38,222 bases of DNA from a virus. Taxonomy: Duplodnaviria; Caudoviricetes. Shown piece after piece: positions 1 through 6,996 of the stretch (the first letter of the stretch is position 1; each line of letters starts with the position of its first letter). A program made the position numbers and the translations under genes. The notes beneath the pieces are model-generated. The model had not been told where the DNA came from. It was given only the letters and a program-made list of their open reading frames with translations, and made no database searches. The DNA is taken from IMG/VR virus record IMGVR_UViG_3300020426_000013, positions 1 to 38,222 of that record; one strand, written 5' to 3'.

Positions 1-28
1 TCGCGGTCTGCGTAAATCGTCGAAAAAA

Positions 29-77
29 TGGTGGGCGCGGCAAGGATTGAACTTGCGACCCCACCCGTGTGAAGGGT
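29..77 (-). pseudogene. 3' half of tRNA-Val(CAC), prophage attachment junction
   Basis: Minus strand reads ACCC-TTCACAC-GGGT GGGGTC GCAAG TTCAATC CTTGC CGCGCCC ACCA: anticodon arm, T-arm, 3' acceptor strand and CCA. No D-arm or 5' acceptor strand upstream. Confidence 0.9.
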
Positions 78-158
78 CTTCTACAGCGCCAAATGCTCAA
101 TTTGCGCCCACTTGCGGCGGAACGGAGCATGACTCGATGGCGAACAAAGCGAAACAGC

Positions 159-176
159 CTGACCATTTTCTGACCA
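159..176 (+). repeat. Tandem CTGACCA x2 (11-bp period), candidate integrase arm-type sites
   Basis: CTGACCA at 159-165 and 170-176, about 80-100 bp inside the att junction. Confidence 0.4.
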
Positions 177-201
177 CCCTGTCTTGCGAGGCGGGGCGGT
201 G

Positions 202-897
202 ATGGGCGGGCGAACCATCGCGGCGCTCTACGTCGAGACCGGCGGCGCATACTACGGCCTGCCTGGCGTGGACCCGTGGGATGAGGCGAGAGACGCGCGC
301 ACCTATGCCGGGCCGCATCCGGTTGTCGCGCATCCGCCCTGCCAGCGCTGGGGGAAGATGTGGTTCGGCCAGCCCCTCACGGTCAAGCTGACCGGACGGC
401 GCAAGAAGAAGGGTGATGACGGCGGGTGCTTCGATCGCGCGCTGTGGGCGCTGCGGACGTTCGGCGGTGTGCTTGAGCATCCGTGGGGAAGCCATGCCTG
501 GCAGTGGTTCGGTCTGAACGTGCCGCCGCGCGAGGGAGGGTGGATCAATGCCGACTTCTTCGGGGGCTGGACCTGCTGCGTCGAGCAGGGCCGGTTTGGT
601 CACTACGCCCGCAAGCCGACCATGCTGCTGGCCTACCATGTGCCGGAACTGCCATCGCTGCCGTGGGGCAAGAGCGAGGCGCGGTTAAATCCTGCCGTCG
701 TCGAGCGCATGGGCGAGAAACGGGCCCGGTGGCTTGGCGAGGTAGGGGCTCGCGGGGGCGGAACCGATAGCACGCCTCGCATCCACACACCCGAGCCGTT
801 CCGCGATCTGCTGATCGGGATGGCTCGATCGGTCGATACCGCCGCGGTCTCGCGCGCGGTGCCCGCCCGTCTCACCAATAGCACAGGCGGGGAGTGA
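202..897 (+). CDS. Divergent short DNA cytosine-C5 methyltransferase-like protein
   Basis: AHPPCQRW (catalytic PC-like), VLEHP (ENV-like), FGHYARKPT, C-terminal RIHTP; no canonical FxGxG; ATG 202 preferred over TTG 184. Confidence 0.55.
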   Translation: MGGRTIAALYVETGGAYYGLPGVDPWDEARDARTYAGPHPVVAHPPCQRWGKMWFGQPLTVKLTGRRKKKGDDGGCFDRALWALRTFGGVLEHPWGSHAWQWFGLNVPPREGGWINADFFGGWTCCVEQGRFGHYARKPTMLLAYHVPELPSLPWGKSEARLNPAVVERMGEKRARWLGEVGARGGGTDSTPRIHTPEPFRDLLIGMARSVDTAAVSRAVPARLTNSTGGE

Positions 898-898
898 T

Positions 899-1333
899 AT
901 GGCTATCATCGCCGGGATGAAAGCAATCTCCGTTCGCGCGCCGTGGTGGTGGGCAATCCTTCACGCAGGCAAGGACATCGAGAACCGCGATTGGCCGACC
1001 AAGTTTCGCGGGCGCGTCCTGCTGTACGCGAGCAAGTGGTGGAGCATGTCGGAAGTCGCGGATGATGGCGAAACCGTAGGGCGCATCTACCGGCAGGCAG
1101 GGGGCGCCTCCCACGACCATGGCTTCACCTATCGGATGATGCGTGACCGGGGCGGGCACATCGTCGGCTCGGTCGAGATCGTCGATTGTGTCGAGCAATC
1201 AGACAGCCCGTGGTTCTTCGGGCGCTATGGTTTTGTCCTTCGCGATCCGGTCGCCTTCGAAACTCCCACCCCATGCAAGGGCGCGCTCGGCTTCTTCACG
1301 GCCCAACCCCACCCAGGAGACCTAACCCCATGA
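899..1333 (+). CDS. ASCH domain protein
   Basis: KAISVRAPWWWAILHAGKDIENRDW (GxKxxExR motif) and PCKGALGFF tail. Confidence 0.9.
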   Translation: MAIIAGMKAISVRAPWWWAILHAGKDIENRDWPTKFRGRVLLYASKWWSMSEVADDGETVGRIYRQAGGASHDHGFTYRMMRDRGGHIVGSVEIVDCVEQSDSPWFFGRYGFVLRDPVAFETPTPCKGALGFFTAQPHPGDLTP

Positions 1334-2259
1334 CCAAAGACACACCCTCGCTTGCGGATGAGCTGGAGCCGTGCGCGCATTGCGGCTCGCCCGCAGCATT
1401 CGGTGTGGTGACCGAAGGCGGAGAGAACAACCCCGACTTCGGCGGGCATTTCGTGCAATGCACCAATGAAAAATGCCATGCCTGCATGGGCCTTCGTTTC
1501 GCCTGTGGCGATGACCCACGCCCAGCCCTTCGAGACGCATGGAACACCCGCCCCATCGAAGCGCGCGCCGGGGGTGATGCGTTGCTGCGGGATTTGCGGG
1601 CATGGATCAAAGATGAAGCGCAAGACAAGTCATGGGTCGCAGAAGATGCCCTGATTGCCCGCATCGATGAAGCCCTATCCCACCCCACCCCCGCCGATGA
1701 TATTGGCGAAGGCAATCTCGATTGCTTGGCGAAGCGCAGGCCTGGTGAACCCATGTTCATCATCCTCGGACGCGATCCCGACGCGGAGTTTATCACGCGG
1801 CTTTGGGGGCAGCGTCGGCATGACGCGGGCGACCCTGAACACGCAAAGCAGGTGTTCGCTCTAGCGGACGAAATGGCAGCGTATGAAGGCAAGCCCGAAA
1901 GCGCGCCCGATGCCTCTGCCTATCCGCCCGCCGCCGATGCGCGCACCCCGGATGATGTGGTGGAGGCGCTGGGCGAGGTCAAAACGAACATCGCGTGGGC
2001 CGAAGAGCATTATTCTGGCCCCGAGTTCTTCGATGTGGCGTGGCCGGAAATCCGCAAGAGCCTAGACGCCTTGAACACCGCCCTCACCGCCAGCGGGGAT
2101 GCGCGGGAGAGGGAGGCAATTGCCCTGCTTCGCGAGACGCACGACGCGCTTGATCCTCATATCGTCCACAACGTCGCACGAGGCGAAGTTCGGGAAAAGA
2201 TCGGTGACTTCCTCGCCCTTCTCGACACGCCCCCGGCAGGCGATGGAGGTGGGGTATGA
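1330..2259 (+). CDS. Lar-family (restriction alleviation) Zn-finger fused to further phage modules
   Basis: LEPCAHCGS...VQCTNEKCHA...AWNTR; SD AGGAGA before ATG 1330, ATGA overlap with the ASCH gene. Confidence 0.75.
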   Translation: MTKDTPSLADELEPCAHCGSPAAFGVVTEGGENNPDFGGHFVQCTNEKCHACMGLRFACGDDPRPALRDAWNTRPIEARAGGDALLRDLRAWIKDEAQDKSWVAEDALIARIDEALSHPTPADDIGEGNLDCLAKRRPGEPMFIILGRDPDAEFITRLWGQRRHDAGDPEHAKQVFALADEMAAYEGKPESAPDASAYPPAADARTPDDVVEALGEVKTNIAWAEEHYSGPEFFDVAWPEIRKSLDALNTALTASGDAREREAIALLRETHDALDPHIVHNVARGEVREKIGDFLALLDTPPAGDGGGV

Positions 2260-2426
2260 GCGAGGCTACTTGTTCTCAATGTCGCTACAGCAAAGGCGAT
2301 AGGTGCCTGCGCGATGGGGACTACTCCCAGAGCTACGAATTGACCTACACCGATAGCGACTTTTGCGGACCTAACCGGCGGTATTTCGCCCGCCGTAGCA
2401 TGCGCCAAATCCTATGCGGAGAATAG
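2256..2426 (+). CDS. Small Cys-rich hypothetical protein, 56 aa (absent from the ORF track)
   Basis: MSEATCSQCRYSKGDRC...FCGPNRRYF...; ATGA overlap, GGAGG upstream, fills the gap to the next gene. Confidence 0.65.
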   Translation: MSEATCSQCRYSKGDRCLRDGDYSQSYELTYTDSDFCGPNRRYFARRSMRQILCGE

Positions 2427-2430
2427 CCCA

Positions 2431-3054
2431 ATGACCCAGCATACCAACCCCGTGCCGGTGACGCAGCTAATGCGCGATATGGCGGCTGAGTTCTTCTGGA
2501 ACGGCCACAATCGGCGTGGGCTGTTGCAGCCGACTTATGATGCAATCCGCGAGGGCCGACTGGACAACCACGAAAACGTGCAGCATTTGGCTGAGTTCGC
2601 CCACCGCCTCGCCCAATCCACTCCCGCCGATGCGCCGAGTGGGGAGGGGTTGGTGGAGGCGCTGCGATCAGCGCTCATATTCCTGGATAAAGCGGTCGGC
2701 GAAGGGCTAGAACTGTCCGGTTTAGACGCGCACGATATTTGGAACGGCCTGCTTGATGCAGCGGGTTCGGGCATTGACGGTCCCGATAGTTCGGAAGAGT
2801 TCGCAGACCGCATCCTCGCCGCCCTCCGCACCGCAGCCGATCCCGAGCCTGCCGGGGTGCAGGAGGTGGTGGCCCGCCCGCTGGATGAATGGCACGAGGA
2901 TCACGGCGATGTCGTCTGGTGGAAATTCCCTATCGACGAACCTGCATGGATCGGCTGTCCGCTCGACAGCCACTGGCCCGGCTACCATACGCACTGGACG
3001 CCGCACCCTGACGTTCCAGCCCTCCCCCAACCGCCAGCAGATGAGGTGAAGTGA
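2431..3054 (+). CDS. Modular phage hypothetical protein
   Basis: SD GGAG; C-terminal Trp-rich module (EWHEDHGDVVWW...YHTHWTP). Confidence 0.75.
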   Translation: MTQHTNPVPVTQLMRDMAAEFFWNGHNRRGLLQPTYDAIREGRLDNHENVQHLAEFAHRLAQSTPADAPSGEGLVEALRSALIFLDKAVGEGLELSGLDAHDIWNGLLDAAGSGIDGPDSSEEFADRILAALRTAADPEPAGVQEVVARPLDEWHEDHGDVVWWKFPIDEPAWIGCPLDSHWPGYHTHWTPHPDVPALPQPPADEVK

Positions 3055-3266
3055 TGGCTATTCGCGTGCGATCAGACGGCACCATGCTGTGCGCAGCCAT
3101 GCACCCAGAGATGCCGGGCGACACCTACGTCGATGACACGCTGCACTACACCATGTCTGTGGAGCATCGCGTCCTTGTGACCGAACCACACGAGAAACAT
3201 CGCCGGCGTGGCGAATGGTGGTGGCGCAATTCTGTCCCCGATGACGTGGAGGTCGAGGACTGGTGA
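3054..3266 (+). CDS. Hypothetical protein
   Basis: TGATG coupling with the upstream gene, GAGG SD. Confidence 0.7.
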   Translation: MAIRVRSDGTMLCAAMHPEMPGDTYVDDTLHYTMSVEHRVLVTEPHEKHRRRGEWWWRNSVPDDVEVEDW

Positions 3267-3493
3267 GCTATCGAAAGCACAGCGTGAGCAAGGGTGCGCG
3301 GCGCGCCCACCATAAGCGGGAGAAAGCCCGCCGCCGAAAATTGCGGGCGAAAGGAGGTCAGGTCGAACCATTCGGCTACGTCGATATTCGCGGAGTGGAT
3401 AAGGCCGGGATGCGCCGCCTTTCTGTGTCGAAGGGTTCGCGAGACGGCGCGCCTAAACTCCAAAGACCAGTTACAGAGGAAACCCAGCCATGA
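3263..3493 (+). CDS. Small basic hypothetical protein
   Basis: GTGA and ATGA overlaps on both sides; Lys/Arg-rich. Confidence 0.5.
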   Translation: MSYRKHSVSKGARRAHHKREKARRRKLRAKGGQVEPFGYVDIRGVDKAGMRRLSVSKGSRDGAPKLQRPVTEETQP

Positions 3494-3720
3494 CCACACC
3501 CGAAGAGATAGCACGGATAGCAGAATGTCAGCGGATCGACTGGATCAAGACTGTTCTTGTGATCCCAGGGACTGAGCCACAGCGCCGCGCCTTTCTTCGA
3601 GGATACAACGGTGCGCAGCTTTCCGACATTTCCACTAGTCCGAGCCCGCGAATGCGCGAGAACTACGCGCTCGGGCTACGAGTCCGCGACCACCTGATGA
3701 AAGGCAAGAGCGATGCTTGA
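3490..3720 (+). CDS. Hypothetical protein
   Basis: SD GAGGA, overlaps with neighbours. Confidence 0.6.
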   Translation: MTTPEEIARIAECQRIDWIKTVLVIPGTEPQRRAFLRGYNGAQLSDISTSPSPRMRENYALGLRVRDHLMKGKSDA

Positions 3721-4054
3721 GGCCCTCGCCCTGTGCCTCCCGCCGCCCGAGGTGCGCCAGAACTGCATCGTCGACGGCGACACGCTGTGGCACGGCCGCG
3801 AGAAGATCAGGCTGGCCGACATCGACGCGCCCGAACTCGCAGGCAAATGCGACGCCGAACGCTGGCTTGCCATCCGCGCCCGCGACGCACTGCTAGCGAT
3901 GCTCCAAGGCGGCTACCATATCCAGCGCACCGGCACCGATCGCTACGGACGAACCCTCGCGAGGCTCACGGTCGATGGCCGCGACGTTGGCACGGTGCTG
4001 GTCAGCATGGGGCTCGCGAGACCGTGGCGCGGCAGGCGGGAAGGGTGGTGCTAG
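3713..4054 (+). CDS. Thermonuclease (SNase-like) family protein
   Basis: IVDGDT, IRLADIDAPEL, DRYGRTLA, GLAR motifs. Confidence 0.92.
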   Translation: MLEALALCLPPPEVRQNCIVDGDTLWHGREKIRLADIDAPELAGKCDAERWLAIRARDALLAMLQGGYHIQRTGTDRYGRTLARLTVDGRDVGTVLVSMGLARPWRGRREGWC

Positions 4055-4335
4055 TCGCAGTCGTAGTCGGCGCCGTTCTCGACCAGCCACTTGCACACGC
4101 GCACTCCGGCAGCCTGCACGCGCTCGCCCCAGCTCTCGATCGCCTCGTCATAGGCCACCGCCGCGGCCTCGTCGGTCGCGATTTCCATCGGCGGCAGGGG
4201 CTTGGGTTCGGTCGCCGCCTCTACGTCAGCAGGGGGCGGGGAGATCACGATCGGGGTAGGCTCTCCGCAGGCGCTCGCAGTTAAGGCCATCGCGGCCAGC
4301 ATCGCGAATCGCGTCTTGCCTTGCATCGCTCGCAT
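4051..4335 (-). CDS. Outer-membrane spanin (Rz1-like lipoprotein)
   Basis: Signal peptide with lipobox ASA-C, Pro-rich mature part, overlaps the 3' end of the i-spanin gene; exact start uncertain. Confidence 0.75.
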   Translation of the reverse strand: MRAMQGKTRFAMLAAMALTASACGEPTPIVISPPPADVEAATEPKPLPPMEIATDEAAAVAYDEAIESWGERVQAAGVRVCKWLVENGADYDCD

Positions 4336-4573
4336 CGTTGTTCCTTTCGGTATCGGCGGCGCGCTGTTCGGACGCCGTGTTGTCCGCGTCGCGCGCCTTC
4401 TGGACGGCCTTCGTGACGGCGCGATCGATCTGCGCCTGTTTCAGCGCGCTGCCGTCGCTGCGTCCCTTGCAATAGGCGAGGGGAACGCAGGCGGCGATCA
4501 GCAGGCACAGGCCCAGCCAGAACTTGAAGGTGAAGCCGGACAGGTAGCCGGCGGCTCGGGTCAGCAGGTTCAT
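4226..4573 (-). CDS. Inner-membrane spanin (Rz-like)
   Basis: One N-terminal hydrophobic helix then Ala/Arg/Asp helical region with C-terminal Cys; SD AGGAG. Confidence 0.75.
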   Translation of the reverse strand: MNLLTRAAGYLSGFTFKFWLGLCLLIAACVPLAYCKGRSDGSALKQAQIDRAVTKAVQKARDADNTASEQRAADTERNNDASDARQDAIRDAGRDGLNCERLRRAYPDRDLPAPC

Positions 4574-4592
4574 GGCTGGCTCCTTCTTGGTT

Positions 4593-4614
4593 GGCGGGGA
4601 CCGAAGCCCCCGCC
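4593..4614 (-). terminator. GC hairpin with cUUCGg loop, no U-tract (weak terminator or stabiliser)
   Basis: GGCGGGGGC-TTCG-GTCCCCGCC just after the gp49-like stop. Confidence 0.5.
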
Positions 4615-4618
4615 TTCG

Positions 4619-4921
4619 TTATGCCGCAAGCTTCTCGCGAAGCAGGTAGCCTTCCAGCGCCCAGATCTTGTTGCGCGCGTTCTCGCGGGCGATCTTGCGT
4701 CCGATTTCCTTGTCGAAATTCTCCGGCGATGCCGCGGCGCTTTCGCCAGTCACGATGTACCCGTTGCGCAAGGTCAGCGCGCAGACCGTCATGGTGGTGC
4801 CGGGGAACACATGATACTGTTCGGACGAGATCGCCTCGTCGATCATGGCCGGGTTCAGGCGTGGAGCATTGAGGCCCTTCTCCTGAATTTCCGCTTCGAT
4901 CTGCTCTTCATTCTTGCTCAT
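4619..4921 (-). CDS. Phage gp49/gp66 family protein (N4 gp49 / Sf6 gp66-like)
   Basis: APRL...TVCALTLRNGYIVTGESAAASPENFDKEIGRKIARENA...IWALEGYLL signature; SD GAAAGG, ATG 4921. Confidence 0.9.
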   Translation of the reverse strand: MSKNEEQIEAEIQEKGLNAPRLNPAMIDEAISSEQYHVFPGTTMTVCALTLRNGYIVTGESAAASPENFDKEIGRKIARENARNKIWALEGYLLREKLAA

Positions 4922-4962
4922 CAATCTACCTTTCACTCTATCCCGCTGATGCGCGCGGGCCG

Positions 4963-5238
4963 CTATCCGCCTCGGGCGGAATTCTCGATCACCTTGGCGT
5001 TCGCGACGCCCTTGTCCTTCCATGCCGCGCCACCGGCCGCAGCAGCGACAATCGCGGCCAGCCCGCCGGGGAAGGCGATGCAGTAGGCGGTCAGGTCGAA
5101 CCCGCGCCCCAGCGCGATCTCCCATGCGACGAATGCGTGCGCGCCGATGATGTAAGCGACACCGCCGAGCGCTCCGAGGCCGCGGGTGATCTCGAGATCG
5201 CCGCCCGGGCCGCGCAGGAATTCGGTGAAGCCCTTCAT
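4963..5238 (-). CDS. Holin-like membrane protein (two hydrophobic segments)
   Basis: 91 aa, hydrophobic core, charged C-terminus, directly after the endolysin (ATGA overlap). Confidence 0.6.
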   Translation of the reverse strand: MKGFTEFLRGPGGDLEITRGLGALGGVAYIIGAHAFVAWEIALGRGFDLTAYCIAFPGGLAAIVAAAAGGAAWKDKGVANAKVIENSARGG

Positions 5239-5831
5239 CGCGCCCACTCCCCGGTCTTGCCGTGCAGCCATGTCAGGAATTGCCCCACGGTCTTGCCCTG
5301 AAGGATCGACTTGTTCGCGCGTGTCGCGGCAGGCCCGGCGATCAGGTCCGCCCGCGCATCCACGTCGGCGCCGATCACACGCGCCGCTGTGACCGGGCCG
5401 AAGAAGTGCGCGGCGTACAGCGATGCGCGATTGATCGGGATCCCGTTGGCGGCGAGGTAACGCGCGTTCTTCGCAGTGAAGGTCTTCGCGCGCGCCAGCT
5501 GCTCGTCCACGCTCGGCCGCAGCCCGCCGAACGCCTGCGAGGAATCGTTGCCCCACACGCCGCCTTCGCCCAGCCAGGTCGCCTTGATGAACTGGTAGAG
5601 CCCGGACGCGCTGGACGTGCGCGCCTTGATGTAAGGCCGATCGCCGCTCTCGATCTTCGACAGCATCGGCCAGTAGTCGTCGGGGATGCCGTTTGCCCCC
5701 TCAGCCTCAACAGGAGGCGGCAGGAGCGCGTCGAGCTTCGCCAGCGTCTCGCGGCCCGCCCAGCCATCGACATCGAGCCCTGCGCGTTCTTGGAACAGCC
5801 GCACGAATGCGTCGTCGGTAATGGTGCTCAT
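5235..5831 (-). CDS. Endolysin: peptidoglycan-binding N-terminus + lysozyme/transglycosylase-like domain
   Basis: FQERAGLDVDGWAGRET (PG-binding-like), KIESG...SSASGLYQFIKATW, LYAAHFFG; ATG 5831. Confidence 0.88.
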   Translation of the reverse strand: MSTITDDAFVRLFQERAGLDVDGWAGRETLAKLDALLPPPVEAEGANGIPDDYWPMLSKIESGDRPYIKARTSSASGLYQFIKATWLGEGGVWGNDSSQAFGGLRPSVDEQLARAKTFTAKNARYLAANGIPINRASLYAAHFFGPVTAARVIGADVDARADLIAGPAATRANKSILQGKTVGQFLTWLHGKTGEWAR

Positions 5832-6271
5832 CCGTCCTCGTCCTTTTTGTTTGCAATCTTGGTCGCGGCGATCTGCTTCTGCGCTTCCTGCCGACGCTCG
5901 CCCATGATCTGATCGACCGGCGTGAATTTGCGCCGCAGCCATTCGGTCGCTTCGGAGTGGACCGCCGACAGCAGCTTCACCCCGCCCATCGCCATAATGA
6001 AGGACAGGACCGCCGCGCCCAGCGCATCGAGGTTCGCGTACTGGACGCCCAGCAGCACGATCAGCAGGCACCCGCCCGAGATGAGAAAGCTGACCAGCAG
6101 GTCGCGCCAGATCAGCGCGGTGCTTTCCCTCTTGCTAACCTGCACCGCCGCACGCGCGGCCCAGCCCGCAGCGAAGCCGAAGCCGATCGCACCGGCCAGA
6201 ACCCAGTCCACGGCAGCGATCGACACGAGGAAGGGCGGGGTGTATTTCGCAACGGCGGTCGAGGCGATCAC
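5828..6271 (-). CDS. Holin-like membrane protein (about three hydrophobic segments)
   Basis: Hydrophobic helices plus highly charged C-terminus, immediately upstream of the endolysin. Confidence 0.65.
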   Translation of the reverse strand: MIASTAVAKYTPPFLVSIAAVDWVLAGAIGFGFAAGWAARAAVQVSKRESTALIWRDLLVSFLISGGCLLIVLLGVQYANLDALGAAVLSFIMAMGGVKLLSAVHSEATEWLRRKFTPVDQIMGERRQEAQKQIAATKIANKKDEDG

Positions 6272-6681
6272 AGCTGCGCCCCCACGGTTTCATGCAGCGC
6301 AAACCAGACGGCCCACCACCAGATCACGCTCGACAGCATCATCGGGCCGCGTCGGCGCGCGAAACCGATTGCCGTGATCCAGGCACAGCCTCCCCAGAAC
6401 AGCCACGCGGTCGCCATTGCTTGGCGAAATAGCAGGCTATCCCGATCGAACCCGGCAATGCGCCCATCGCCCGCCCACGGGATGACCGCGCCTGCGATCA
6501 GGATGGCGAGCAAGGCCATCAGCAGGCCGAGACCGAGAATCCAGCGCACCGTGTCGCTGAAATAGGGCGTGTTGTGCGGGTCGAAGGTCCACACCCACTT
6601 GCCCACCGGCCACACAGCCAGCAGGGCACCCATCGCCGCCCACCAGCGCCAGGTATCAGCAAGGGTGTCGATCGTGGGCAT
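6268..6681 (-). CDS. Trp-rich multi-pass membrane protein
   Basis: About four hydrophobic segments; GTGA overlap with the next gene; start at ATG 6681 inferred. Confidence 0.65.
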   Translation of the reverse strand: MPTIDTLADTWRWWAAMGALLAVWPVGKWVWTFDPHNTPYFSDTVRWILGLGLLMALLAILIAGAVIPWAGDGRIAGFDRDSLLFRQAMATAWLFWGGCAWITAIGFARRRGPMMLSSVIWWWAVWFALHETVGAQL

Positions 6682-6727
6682 CACGCGACGCGGTAGGTGC
6701 CGGAAAGGGTGGCGACGGTCCGGAGCA

Positions 6728-6985
6728 TCACACTTCCGTCGCGCCCTCGAACTCGGGCTGCGAGGCGAGGAAGGCGTATGCCTGTGCGTAGGGGTTCTCC
6801 CCGGCCAAGTCATAGGTGCACCGCTCGCGTCGCGTCGCGAATGGGGCGGGTGCGTCGCCGTCGACCGAAAAGGTCAGCGTGAAGTTGATGTGCTCCTTGT
6901 TGTCGATCGCCGGATCGATGACGCGGATATAGGCGTCTAGCGCCGACAGTCCGCCTGGTGCGGTCACGTCGCATTGCAATGCCAT
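6728..6985 (-). CDS. Small tail-fibre-associated protein (possible chaperone)
   Basis: Directly after the fibre gene, SD GGAG, C-terminal NPYAQAYAFL...PEFEGA. Confidence 0.65.
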   Translation of the reverse strand: MALQCDVTAPGGLSALDAYIRVIDPAIDNKEHINFTLTFSVDGDAPAPFATRRERCTYDLAGENPYAQAYAFLASQPEFEGATEV

Positions 6986-6996
6986 TGTTCTGCTCC

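Noticed and set aside
29-104. Intact tRNA-Val gene
   Set aside because: Similarity stops at the anticodon stem; no D-arm or 5' acceptor strand complementary to CGCGCCC
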